DNA of 64,000 bases, taken from the NCBI GenBank assembly GCA_964019335.1, contig OZ025734.1, forward strand, positions 124,001 to 188,000. Reading direction: 5' to 3'. Positions 33,112 to 44,079 of this stretch are shown here, in pieces (within the stretch, counting starts at the first letter, position 1; every line of letters starts with the position of its first letter). The position numbers were made by a program, and so were the translations under genes. Source of the DNA: Diplonema japonicum (lineage: Eukaryota > Protista > Euglenozoa: Diplonemea). The notes beneath the pieces are model-generated. The model searched no databases, was not told the origin of the DNA, and saw nothing but the letters and a program-made list of their open reading frames with translations.

Positions 33112-34731
33112 TCACCGCTGCGCGACCTGAAGCATCAAGATGGAAAACAGGTGGAAGTTGACCACATCCTTCTCGACCTTCGCCTTTTTGAGGATGGCCT
33201 CCACTTGCCGCGTCGCCCGCGCCTTCGTGACAGGCACACCGAACTCTTCCTGCGACATAAGAATATCAACCATGGTCTCCTTAGCTATCGACCGAGATCC
33301 CTCAACATCATACTTTTCAAAGAGCTTTTGCAGGTGAGGTTCAGAGACTGCAACATTGCTTATATCACCAGTAGCATGTTTTATATCACACGCCTCGTGT
33401 GTGAGGTCGGGTGTTGCACGGCCTGAGGCGATCTCAGCAAGGTCGGACTCCAGCTGAGGTTTGAGGTTCTGCTTTGAACGGAGTTCGGAAAGGGCCATCG
33501 TCTGGGCAGAGGGAAGAGGCATCCCTTGCTGCAAGGGACGCTTTAACATCGCTAAAAGCGCGTCCAGCACACGCCGCCACGCAGACACTGTTTCCTCGAC
33601 AACAACATCAGCATCCCTTCTCATGCTGTGGTTCACCGCGGCGAGCAACGACTGCCCCACCACAGGGTACATGTTCTGTGAGACACCGTGTGAAACATGG
33701 CGCTGCCCCAGTACGCGTAGGTAGTCCAAGCAAGGACGGGTCCCGCGGGTTTCGAGTATGTCAACTACTAGCTCCACACCGTCGATCAGCATCCCTCCAA
33801 GCTTCGCGGCGGGTATTCCCTTCTTGGTAATCAGTTTGGTGATGGAAGGGGAAATTTCAATGGCGCCGCGTGCGATTGCTACCGCGGCTGATGTCTTGTC
33901 GTTGACCATTGTCAGAGATGAGCGGATGGCTTCGATGTCGGTTGGTGTTGGAGCAAGGCTTGCTTGATGCTTTGCATGGAGCTCCCGCATCTGCCCACCG
34001 GCGCACATAGTTGTTGTGATCAATGCGTGAAGACGGACCCACGCACGCTTTGTGACATCGTTGCGAATCGACGCTTGTTCCATGAGATGCCTTCGGACAA
34101 GACCGAGAACAGCGCTGCACATAACATGATAGTCACGTTCCAGTATACCGTTGTTCAAGTGTAGCCGTGCCACGCCTCTTACAAAGCCCTCTATTGTAGC
34201 AAGGTCGTGGAGGTTGTCCGTCACCAGTCTAAGCAATGGGAGGAATCGTTGCGTTACTTCTGTTGCCCTCACCGAGTCGAATTCTTGCAGGCGTTCTGAT
34301 ACGTCGGGAGACAGCTCACTTACTTGAGAGTAAAACTCTTCTTGTACTGTGGGTTCTATCAGAAGTGATGTAAGGCTGTCGCGGACCCTTTCCACGTCTC
34401 TGTTCGGTATTGCATTGATGACGCCCTTGAATACGGGGTTGGCTTTGCACTCTGCTCGTAGGCTTGACAGCTCCTCTTGCAGCTGTAGGATGATTTCCCT
34501 TTGGCTGTACGGGTCGAGCAGATTCGCCAGGAATGCGAGCGGCTTCTCGGGCTTCTGTATCAAACACTTTTCCCACACCCTGTCGAGGACCCCTGACAGC
34601 TGGTGCCGTTGGATGTACTGTAGATCGTGCTCTTTCACTAGCCGGACGTGGCTGTTCTTGAACTTCAGATCTCTGACCCCCCGCATGTACCGGGGGTTGG
34701 GGGTCATGAGTTCCACTGGTTCCGAATCCAT
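33112..34731 (-). CDS. RIIa/Dpy-30-type D/D domain, two globin domains and an EF-hand-like C-terminus (539 aa)
   Basis: YIQRHQLSGVLDRVWEKCLIQKPEKPLAFLA (D/D). VARLHLNNGILERDY..AWVRL and LGQRHVSHGVSQNMYPVVGQSLL..AWRRV (globin F-G-H helices). LFEKYDVEGSRSIAKET (EF-hand-like loop). Confidence 0.82.
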   Translation of the reverse strand: MDSEPVELMTPNPRYMRGVRDLKFKNSHVRLVKEHDLQYIQRHQLSGVLDRVWEKCLIQKPEKPLAFLANLLDPYSQREIILQLQEELSSLRAECKANPVFKGVINAIPNRDVERVRDSLTSLLIEPTVQEEFYSQVSELSPDVSERLQEFDSVRATEVTQRFLPLLRLVTDNLHDLATIEGFVRGVARLHLNNGILERDYHVMCSAVLGLVRRHLMEQASIRNDVTKRAWVRLHALITTTMCAGGQMRELHAKHQASLAPTPTDIEAIRSSLTMVNDKTSAAVAIARGAIEISPSITKLITKKGIPAAKLGGMLIDGVELVVDILETRGTRPCLDYLRVLGQRHVSHGVSQNMYPVVGQSLLAAVNHSMRRDADVVVEETVSAWRRVLDALLAMLKRPLQQGMPLPSAQTMALSELRSKQNLKPQLESDLAEIASGRATPDLTHEACDIKHATGDISNVAVSEPHLQKLFEKYDVEGSRSIAKETMVDILMSQEEFGVPVTKARATRQVEAILKKAKVEKDVVNFHLFSILMLQVAQR

Positions 34732-34842
34732 TTTTTTTTTTTTTGATCCTTTTTTTTTTTTTTTTTTTTTTTTTGCTTCATTATTATTATTCCTTTTTTT
34801 TTTTTTTTTTCCCACCACCGAAGAGTTCTCCTTCGAAATGTC

Positions 34843-34917
34843 ATATCTGACACAAGCGCGAAGACCTAACGCTGCACAGGTGTCTGTCGCAGCAACGAAA
34901 GGCGCTTAAGCTGTGTG
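34843..34917 (-). ncRNA. Candidate single-hairpin AGA-box pseudouridylation guide RNA, copy 1
   Basis: Basal stem ACACA/UGUGU, internal loop, upper stem GCCU-CGUUGC..GCAGCG-AGGU, then AGA plus 3 nt. Duplicated at 35216-35290. Confidence 0.6.
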
Positions 34918-35089
34918 GGGTGTGGTGTGGGGAAAGCAAAGATGCCGATCAGTGCACTTACGAAAGTTGCAAGCAAGAACCTGGAACTGAGAACCCTAGT
35001 TTCATTCAAACAATATTTATATTGAATGCAGTGGAGTGGGGGGGGAGGGGTGTCAGCAGGCAATAAGAACATTCGCATTGCAGGCTTGC

Positions 35090-35138
35090 TGCTCAGAAGT
35101 CTAACACGTTATTGAGGTTGCCGTGTGGTCATCATGCA
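35090..35138 (-). ncRNA. Box C/D snoRNA guiding 2'-O-methylation of LSU rRNA AGU[C]UAAC (probable snR58/SNORD104 equivalent)
   Basis: UGC-AUGAUGA...ACGUGUUAGACUU-CUGA-GCA has C and D boxes and a terminal stem. The guide is complementary to AGUCUAACACGU, and the D+5 position pairs with the C. Confidence 0.8.
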
Positions 35139-35215
35139 GAGGGGGTCGCAGAAGATGGTCAAAGCTGGGGGACCTCACCTCGTGACGAAGAGTTCTCATC
35201 GTCCTTCGAAATGTC

Positions 35216-35290
35216 ATATCTGACACAAGCGCGAAGACCTAACGCTGCACAGGTGTCTGTCGCAGCAACGAAAGGCGCTTAAGCTGTGTG
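35216..35290 (-). ncRNA. Candidate AGA-box guide RNA, copy 2
   Basis: Identical to 34843-34917, offset by 373 nt. Confidence 0.6.
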
Positions 35291-35775
35291 GGCCGACTCT
35301 TTTAGGATTCATCTCAGAGAGGACAAGTCACGGTGCACTCCGCAAAGGAGCCCAAAGTTGTGTATTGTTGCACTCAAAAAAATAAAATAAAAAAAAGCAA
35401 TGTGAAGATTTAAAAAAAGAAAGAAACTAAATAAAGTTCACAAAAATAGAAAACTGAAAAACAAAAAGCTGAACGTTCCGAGTTTGCAGGTAAGGTAACA
35501 CAAAGCGGAGTGATGTGTGCCAAAAACCAACACCAGCAAAAGTGCCACGAAGTGGGAGCGAGAAGGGTTGGTGGACACACCACTGCAAAGCTTCAAGAAA
35601 AAAAAGGGGGAGGGGGAATGGAAAATGATTCAAAAACTCTTTTTGATTTTCTCTCAACTCAACCCATAATACAAGATAAAAAAGGGGGGGAATGAAAAAT
35701 GATTCAAATATTTTTTGACTTTCTCTCGACTCACACAGATCAACTCAATAAAAAAAACCTACCGCCACCACCTAT

Positions 35776-37311
35776 CTACTTCTTCTTAGCGATGACCTTC
35801 TCAGTGGTCTTGGTGACCTTGCCAAGCATGACGACCCCGTTGCCCTCCATGATAGCGACACGGGAGAGACCCTCGCAGTTCTTGAAGGTGTCGACGACGA
35901 GGGGCTGCTGGGGGGCGAAGACGACCTCAGCCATCTCGTTGGCCTTCAGGCAGTGGGGCTCCTCCGCCTTCTTCCCCCCAGTCTCCTTCCCCATCTTCCA
36001 CACCAGCTGGGTCATCCTCACGGCGGACCTCCCCGTCCTCACGAAGCACACGGGGGTGTACCCGACCTTCAGCTCACCGGGATGGTCCAGGATCTGCACC
36101 TGCGCGTTGAAGGTCCCGGCCTCCTTCAGGGAGGCGTCCTTCTTGTAGATCATCACGTCACCGGTCCTCGGCATGTTGTCCTTGTTGAGACCCTTCACGT
36201 TCAGCCCCACGTTGTCACCAGCCTTGGCGTCCTCGCACCTCTTGTGGTGCATCTCGCAGGTGAAGACCTTCCCCACGCAAGCGTTGGCGGCCGTGTGGGT
36301 GGGGAGGAAGAGCACTTCCTCACCTGGCTTCACGATACCTTGCTCCACACGGCCGGTAATAACATCACCGACACCCTTGATCTGTGTTTTTGTGTTGTGT
36401 TGGTGTTGTGTTGTGTTGTGTTGGTGTTGTGTTGTGTTGTGTTGTGTTGTGTTGTGTTGTGTTGTGTTGAGTGTGTGTTTTCTTTCGTGTCTTCTCTCAC
36501 ATACCTTGTACACACCCGAAACAGGCATCCTCATAGGAGCATCGTTCTTCCTCTCAGGCATCCTCACCATCTTGTCAAGGGCATCAACAAGGGTGTCGAT
36601 GTGGAGCTTCTCGTCAGCCCCGACGAGGACATCCTGACCCTTCCACCAGTCCATCTTGGTCGACTTCTTCAGAAGGTTGTCACCGATCCAACCCGAGATG
36701 GGGAGGACGGGGACGTTCTTCTCAACGAAGTCCTTCTTCCAACCGGTCTTCACCAACATGCTCTTCATCTCCTCCTTGATCTCGTTGTACCTCTCCTCCT
36801 TGTACTGCGCGACGTCGCAGTCCATCTTGTTGATCCCGACGATGAGCTGCTTCACACCGAGCAGGTTGATGAGACGGGCGTGCTGCCTGGTCTGCCCCTG
36901 GATCTCACCAGCCTTGTGGTTCCCCCTCGCGATCGCCGACACGAAGTTCCCGTCAGCGGGGATCATCAGGAGCGCCACGTCCGCCTGCGAGGCCCCGGTG
37001 ATCATGTTCTTGATGAAGTCCCTGTGCCCAGGGGCGTCGATCACCGTGTAGTGCCACTTCTCCGTGAAGAACTCCTTCGTCGTGCAGGCGATCGTCACAC
37101 CACGCTCACGCTCCTCCTTCTGCCTGTCCATGTAGAAGGCGAAGGCGAAGGACTGCTTCCCGAGACGCTCCGCCTCAGCCTTCAACTTCTCCATCTCACG
37201 CTCGGGTATCCCACCCAGCTCGAAGAGGAGACGCCCCGTCGTCGTCGACTTCCCAGAGTCCACGTGACCGCAGATCACGATCGACAAGTGCTGCTTACCG
37301 TCCGTTGCCAT
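35776..37311 (-). CDS. EFL: Elongation factor-like GTPase EFL, 2 exons (in-frame 123-nt intron 36382-36504)
   Basis: HLSIVICGHVDSGKSTTTGRLLFELGGI, IACTTKEFFT and AIARGNHKAGEIQGQTRQHA (EFL-type insertion). Splicing restores VYK|IKGVG. Strong GC3 codon bias. Confidence 0.95.
   Translation of the reverse strand: MATDGKQHLSIVICGHVDSGKSTTTGRLLFELGGIPEREMEKLKAEAERLGKQSFAFAFYMDRQKEERERGVTIACTTKEFFTEKWHYTVIDAPGHRDFIKNMITGASQADVALLMIPADGNFVSAIARGNHKAGEIQGQTRQHARLINLLGVKQLIVGINKMDCDVAQYKEERYNEIKEEMKSMLVKTGWKKDFVEKNVPVLPISGWIGDNLLKKSTKMDWWKGQDVLVGADEKLHIDTLVDALDKMVRMPERKNDAPMRMPVSGVYKVCERRHERKHTLNTTQHNTTQHNTTQHQHNTTQHQHNTKTQIKGVGDVITGRVEQGIVKPGEEVLFLPTHTAANACVGKVFTCEMHHKRCEDAKAGDNVGLNVKGLNKDNMPRTGDVMIYKKDASLKEAGTFNAQVQILDHPGELKVGYTPVCFVRTGRSAVRMTQLVWKMGKETGGKKAEEPHCLKANEMAEVVFAPQQPLVVDTFKNCEGLSRVAIMEGNGVVMLGKVTKTTEKVIAKKK
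36388..36475. repeat. (GTGTT)n microsatellite inside the EFL intron
   Basis: Visible tandem gtgtt units. Confidence 0.9.
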
Positions 37312-37697
37312 TTTTAGCTTTTCTCTTTTTTTCTTTGCTGCCCCTGTAGGTGTGTGGTGTGTGTGCGCGTTTGGGGTGAGGAGAATAATAGGAGAAGAAA
37401 CATATAAAACAAAAAAAAAAAAAAGAGACATTTAAGGGTACCTGCGGTATGTGGCAGGTAAAAAAAAGGTCGACTCAATTGTAGCGGTGCCACGCAGCAT
37501 GTGACACAGCGGCCACCCTTTTGAAAGCTTCGCCCACAGGGAGGTTGGAAAGATCAAAAAAAAGGAAAAAGAACTTATATGGTCTCAAAATAAGGATAAA
37601 GATCGTATGAATAAATAAATTAGATCTGTTGATGAGGAAAAAGAAGAGACAGCATATGAGATAAAGCAGGCCTGGGTGGCTTTCTGCTGAATGACGT

Positions 37698-38098
37698 GAC
37701 AAGTAATTCTGTGCAGTGCGATTGGGGAAGGTGGCTCAAAAAAGAATGAAAGAAACAGGTGGGAGAAAAATTGAAGAGATAATAACACGACCAGCTCTTC
37801 ACTGCCTTTCATCGTGGTCTTCGTACTTCCTTTTCACACCCCTCTCTTCGGGAGAAGCCTCCTTGCGCCTTGCCAGAAGAAGTGCCCGAATGGACTCAAC
37901 GTTGCCCCCCTCAGCCGCGTAGAACAGTGGGGTGTGCCCCTCCCCGTCCCTCACACAAGGGTCCTGCTCATAGGAATCCAGTAGCAGCTGCATCGTCTCA
38001 GTACAGCATGTAGCAGCCATGTGCAACGGGGTGAGCCCCTCCCCGTCCCTCACACAAGGGTCCTGCTTGTACTCATCGATGAGGAGCTTCACCACCTC
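37698..38098 (-). pseudogene. 3' fragment of an ankyrin-repeat gene, duplicate of 43221-43606
   Basis: GLTPLHMAA and GHTPLFYAA motifs. Nearly identical to the 43-kb copy, including 3' flank. Confidence 0.8.
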
Positions 38099-39179
38099 CA
38101 AGCCACAGGTTTTGGCATGTTAGATTTCACTCACAGGTTTTGGCATGTTGAAAATTTTCGCCTAAATCTTGGAACGATTTGGCATGTTGGATTTTCACTC
38201 ACAGGTTTTGGCATGTTAATCGGTTCGGGTATTTAAATAGTGCAAAATTGGCCTGGGCACGCCGAGGTCCTCTATACCCCCGCAGATGTCGAGATGGCGT
38301 CCAGAAACACGAAATTTTGGAGACCATGAACATGGGTAACTTAACATCCGAAGCCCACCCCAATTTTGGCGAATTTTGGGTGCGTTATTTTATGTCATTT
38401 TACGTTATTTTAATCGGTGAAAATTTGGAGAATGAGAAGACGCTGTTTCAAGAATGCAACAGGGAGGGATGAGAGACTAAGAGAGAGCTAGAGAGGTACT
38501 TGTGGGTGTTTGGAAGGCATGGCTACCCCCAGAAAGTACTTAGAAGAGATTCCCGAGTCAGTGGGACTCCAGACGATGCATGAGATGCATGAGGGAACAG
38601 CGCTTTGTTCGCTGCATCGTAAGCAGAGGGTAAAAGCCTGTTCTTACAACACGAGCAGTCCGTGGTGGCAGGAACGTCTGGAGACAAGGACTCTCTTTAG
38701 TGCTGGTGCGGATATTCCAGAGAAAACTAACGAATGCACGAGGATTATTTTCCAGAAAAGTTAGTTTCCCCCTTTTTTAGGGGATCGATGCTTCCGACCT
38801 CCCAGTAGTGGTTCCTGGGTCGGGGTGGAGGCCCACCCTACGCGGTTAGCATTGTTTTCAATGGAGAGTCCCTAATAAAAATAGAACAAGGAGGTTTCAC
38901 CAGGTGGCAAGTAGCCTCTCCGCGGCCTTGTGCCAGTGAAGCAAGCCTCCCACAACTCCCCAGTTGGTGTTTAATTGCTTCTGTGGCTCCTCCCTTTTTG
39001 AAAAACATCGGCCACGCCCACCTGTGGGGCTTGGGGAAGCCTGTAGCAAACCCCCCCTGATCCTACGTTATTTTGGGTTGGGGGTCTTTCTTCCGGGCCC
39101 GCAGCGCCACCTGCAAGGCCGAGAACCCACAGAATCCATTTTTTAAAGCTTTTCCCAGGGCTTTGGAATTCTTCGGGGG

Positions 39180-39465
39180 GTGTGTACAGGGCTCGGGGAA
39201 GCCTCCGCAGGGCCGGCAGGGCCACGCCCACCCACGGGGCTCAGGGAAGCCTCTGCAGGGTCGGCAGGGCGTGGTCATCTTCCGCATATATAGGGGTGAT
39301 TTTCCGCATATAGGGGTGATTTTCCGCAAAAAGGGGGTGATTTTCCGCAAAAAGGGGGTGATTTTCCGCATATATAGGGGTGATCTTAGGGGTACAGGGC
39401 TCGGGGAAGCCTCTGCAGGGTCGGCAGGGCGTGGTCATCTTCCGCATATATAGGGGTAATCTTCA
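39180..39465. repeat. Minisatellite (about 20-nt ttttccgcatataggggtga units and about 60-nt gggaagcctctgcagggtcggcagggc units)
   Basis: Direct tandem repeats are visible. Confidence 0.85.
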
Positions 39466-39567
39466 GTACCTAACCGTCACAGACCCTTCAAGGGTGTTAA
39501 ACAGTTCGCTTTTACAAAACCGGGATGCAACTATCTAAAATCGGTCGAAATTGATTTAGGAGGTTGG

Positions 39568-40510
39568 GTGTCTGTTCAGAGAGGCTTCCTAGCAGAGTGC
39601 CCGTCGCTCACTTCAGTCTCCCTGAACCACCTTAGCTCGGTCAAAGCTGTTGGGGACAACTACCTGCGAAACTGCCCGCAGTTAACCTCAATAGATTTGA
39701 GCGGTTTAAACATAAAGGTCATCTCGAACAATTTCCTGTCCGGGTGTTCCTCCATCACATGGCTCGATATGAGCAGTGTGACAGACACAAGGTTCAAGGA
39801 CAGCTTTCTTTCTTGTTGCAAGTCGCTCACGGGCGTAGACCTTTGCGGTCTGCGTCATGTCTCATGTTTCGGGGACGAATTCATGTCGCACTGCACTTCT
39901 TTGAAAACGATTGATCTAAGCAGCTGCACTGGGGTGACACAGATCGGAGATGAATTTCTGGCAAAATGCACCTCGATTTGAGAGGTTGGATGGTATCTCG
40001 TCAGCAGGCGACTGCTTTCTACGTTACTGTTCGTCATTGAAAACGATTGACCTGGGCTTCCTCTACAATATTGAGATCGCCGGTGTGTTTTTCCTCGATG
40101 CCTGCACCTCCCTTACCTCTGTTGGTCTCAGCGGGTTGTGTGGTGTTAAATGCATCAAAGACGGTTTCCTCAAGAACTCGACATCCCTTGCCACAGTCGA
40201 TCTGAGCCGCCTTTGCAACGTGAAGATGATATGCAGTGATTTTTTGATGGGCTGTACTTCTCTGACATTGGTAGACTTGAGCGGTCTGCAGAACACGCAG
40301 TACATAGGGTGCTGTTTCCTTAAGGGTTGTACGTCGTTGTTGAATGTTGATCTGAGCGGGCTGGGTGGCGTGGTGAGTGTGGAGAACGACTTTCTCTCCG
40401 GCTGTTCCTCGCTGCAGTCTGTTGAGCTGGCCCTGCCCAGCCTCGAACTGAGGCGCTGCAAGCATGGTGGGAAGCTACCGCAGGCTTTTTGGAAAACTGC
40501 ACGTCGCTGA
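39568..40510 (+). pseudogene. Leucine-rich-repeat gene with a frameshift at about 39980
   Basis: Repeats of FLxxCxSLxxxDLSxL in two consecutive frames. No ATG start. On the opposite strand to the gene cluster. Confidence 0.8.
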
Positions 40511-43316
40511 CTCAGCTTGACCTACGCCCCCTCAACGTCAGTCACCTCGATCGCAGTATCGATCTCCAAGGGTGCGCATCGCTTGCGACTATCAGGCTCA
40601 GCCAGTGGAGTGGATGATGTTTTAAGAAGAAAGGAGAAGTGCCCGATACCTATACCGATACCGTTAGGACGAAGTAAAGCGGTCTTCACATTTGTGCAAA
40701 GAACGAGTCGCCAAACGAGCCTTTTTTTTTTTGAATAACGCTCACGAAAAAAAAAAAAAGAAGAAAGAAATAAGAACAATTCAAAAGAAAAGAAGAAGAA
40801 AAAAAATATTAACGCTTCGGGGGGTTGGTCTCGGGTGCGGGGTTGCCCTCGCTCCTTCCGTTGTGGGTTGTTCCTTCCCAGGTTTGCTTCGGTCTCGTTG
40901 TGGGCTGCCAGTTCCTTCCAGCTGAGGGTTGTCCAGTTTCGTGCTTCTCTCTGAGATCTGTACCTCTCCGTTGTCGTCGAGCGAGACACAGTGGGCAGTA
41001 TCCTTCCCTCCTTGGTTGTTGCTGGGGCTCGGCTGCAGCTGGGGTCTTTCTAGAGACTAGGGCCCGCTTGTCCCGTGGTGCAGACTTCCGCCCCGTGTGG
41101 TTCGTCTGCTTGTTCTTCGGGGTTCCGTGTGGCAGCTGGGGTGTCTTTGGGGACTGGGGCCTACTTGTCCCGTGGTGCAGACTTCTTGTTGCAGACTGCT
41201 TGCCCCGTGTGGTTGTCCGCCTGTCCTTTGGTGCAGTCAGCTGGCTTCGTGAGATCGTCTGCGTGGCCTGTGGCTTGCCCTTTCAGGTTTGGGCTTGCGT
41301 CTTCTTCCGTTGCCTACGGGCTTCGAGTTGTTCCAGTGCTGCTTCCACGCTTGTAGGCTGTGTTGACAGTCAGCCATAAACCTTGGCACTATTTGGCATG
41401 TTAAAAATCCCCCTATACAGAAAAAATAGGCTTCGGAAAACTCTTGGCACTATTTGGCATGTTGGATTTCCCCCTATAGAAAAAAAAAAAAAATCTTGGC
41501 ACTATTTGGCATGTTAAAAATCCCCCTTTACAGAAAAAATAGGCTTCGGAAAAATTTTCGCCGTTAGTCCGGGTTCCGTCGCCGTAGGCCTTCGGCCGCG
41601 GAACCAACTAGCCTTACGCGGCCTTCGGCCGCGTAGCCCATTAGTGAAGGAAGTAATGCTGTGACTATTTCATTATGAAGAAAAAAGAATTACTGACTTC
41701 GGTGAGCCCCCTGAATATCTCTTTTGTGAATGGTACAAAAGCTGCGCATGTCTTGACGAGCTCCGTTTCATACTTCTGGCGGTTATACTCCACTTTCGAA
41801 GCCGAATATCCAGCTGTTTTCGCTACCTGGTTGAAACAGGAATCGTTCCTCGGGTCCACGATGACAGCATCCAGGGGTCAGAAGTCAGCATGTCGAAGTT
41901 CCTGTAATCGCGGATTTTGGCATGTTAAAATGCAACATGTCAACACCTCAAGACCTATTGAAAGATGGATGACCAGTTGAACTACCTCTACTCCTGCAAA
42001 ACCCTTTGGTTACTAGTGCCCCTTAATTCAGTATAAGGTCATTGGTTAATTATAAACTTTCTTTGGCATTATTGCTTCCTTTAAACACGGTTATTGAATA
42101 GGTTGTACTCATCGAGTTGCCAACCATTATATCAAAAGACTAGTTTTCATTTGTGAGTAGTTGTTTTAGACAAAAAAAAAAATAGATAAAATCCCAATAA
42201 CGTGGGATCAGCTACCTTTTGGAACGTCCACATATTTCCCGCTATTCTATTCCATTTTAGAGGAGATGCACTATTCTGGTAAGCTAGTTTGGATCACGTT
42301 AACAAAGATTGTATATATAAAGGGCTCTTTCTGTGAGGGCATGTGTCAACCCCACATGCACACGAACTGCTTTTAACATCACTTCGACCGCTGCTTAATC
42401 CATGGGTAAGCGTTCTTTTTCTTTCAATCGATTGTTATATGTACTTATAAAATATAGCGCGACACTTTGCATTCCAGAAGGAGGTGCTTCACGACTTCAA
42501 TCAGCTTTTGCAGCTCCTGTTCTTTCCTTCGACCCTTCCACCCATCACCTAGATGCGGTAAATGAAGTTGTTGCAGTTTTGGTGGGTGCGGGAGTGTGTT
42601 GGGATTTTTTAGAGGCGTTGCATTTTTGAGAGGAAGTGCAAGACAGTGGGCGATATCCTTCCCTTTGCCGTTGTTGCGGCTGCTAGAGACTGTGTGGCAG
42701 TCTGCTTGTTCCTCGGGGTTGACCTCTTGCTCCAGGGATGTGGCAGGGAAATGGCCAGCATGCTGTTCAGCTTGTTGAACTCCTGCCAGCCTGTTGATCA
42801 TGTCGGTGTACGTGTACTGAAGACGCATCTGCCTGCTCTGCCCTGGTTCACGAGCTTGTACTTTGTGTGCGCGCCTCGGTGGTGACCCGGGTTTGACGTG
42901 CGGCCCCTCGTGATGCCCCCACGACCTCGTGGGTGTTCCTGGATATCGGTCCACAACAGACTTTGATGGACAGTCGTTGTTGTTCGTGTGCAAGAAATCG
43001 AAGCGCCCCGCCCTGATGTAGTCCTGCTACTGCTTTGCGCCTGTTGTTCCGACATCGTCGTCACAGCTAACGGCACCCAGGGCTCCATTGTCGTCAAGAG
43101 GGGTGGTGGACGACCGCTTCCGTCGAAGGCGTGGGCTGCATCCATGTTGTCGATCCGTGCCGTCCCAGAGGCTCAGGCCTGTCCACCTGCATGGGGACCG
43201 GGTCCGTAACGGGGAGCGGAGACAAGTAATTCTGTGCAGTGCGATTAGGTGGCACAAGGAAGAATGAAAGAAACAGGTGGGAGAAAAATTGAAGAGATAA
43301 TAACACCACAAGCTCT

Positions 43317-43990
43317 TCACTGCCTTTCATCGTGGTCTTCGTACTTCCTCTTCAAACCCCTCTTTTCGGGAGAAGCCTCCTTGCGCCTTGCCAGAAGAAG
43401 TGCCCGAATGGACTCAACGTTGCCCCCCTCAGCCGCGTAGAACAGTGGGGTGTGCCCCTCCCCGTCCCTCACACAAGGGTCCTGCTCGCAGGAATCCAGT
43501 AGCAAGTGCATCATCTCAGTACAGCATGCAGCAGCCATGTGCAACGGGGTGAGCCCCTCCCCGTCCCTCACACAAGGGTCCTGCTCATCGATGAGGGGCT
43601 TCACCAAGCCCCCACTTGCCGCCCAGTGCAAGGGTGTCGCGCCATCGATATCCCTCACGCCAGGGTCCACTTTGCACTCATCGAAGAGGTACCTCATCAC
43701 CTCCATGCACCCTTCACTTGCTGCTTGGTGAATTGCGGTGTTTCCATTGTCTGACTCGGTGCAAGGGTCAAGCTTGCACTCTTCGACAAAGTACTTCACC
43801 ACATCAACTTGGTTGTTCCAAGCTTGCAGACTTCAGTGAGATACCTGACAACAAGCAAGTGGTTGCTACACACAGCAAGGTCTATGAGTGCCATGCCTCT
43901 GTTTCTCAAATTGGGGTCAAGCTTGCAGACTTCAGTGAGATACCTGACCACCTCCAGCTGTCCCTTCTCTGCTGCGATGTCCATGGGGGC
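43317..43990 (-). pseudogene. Ankyrin-repeat gene, frameshifted at about 43800, 5' end abutting the transposon
   Basis: Ankyrin motifs in ORFs 43317-43802 and 43796-44239 (PMDIAAEKGQLEVVRYL). Confidence 0.75.
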
Positions 43991-44079
43991 GAACCTCCAG
44001 CTGGCCATTCCCCATTCTGCACTTTCCCCCCTTTTTTTTCTTGGGATCAAAAGCATCAAAAAAAACGAAAAACAAAATA

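Larger units (their letters stand above)
38101..41930. mobile_element. Putative cargo-carrying element bounded by clustered TTGGCATGTT repeats, with GC hairpins near the right end
   Basis: TTGGCATGTT occurs four times at 38111-38217, three times at 41393-41515 and once at about 41917. Hairpins ggccttcggcc and tacgcggc-cttcg-gccgcgta lie around CTAG at about 41608. Confidence 0.45.

Noticed and set aside
34945-35010. Additional C/D snoRNA (TGAATGA...CTGA on minus)
   Set aside because: The C box is non-consensus, there is no terminal stem, and the rRNA match is only partial.
35953-37317. 454-aa plus-strand ORF
   Set aside because: Antisense shadow of the GC3-biased EFL gene.
38100-39465. CRISPR-like repeat array
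   Set aside because: Eukaryotic context, irregular or repeated spacers, and no cas genes.
42445-42993. 182-aa minus-strand ORF (and the 40825-41379 plus-strand ORF)
   Set aside because: No recognisable motifs. They lie in the decayed TE island and cannot be supported as genes.
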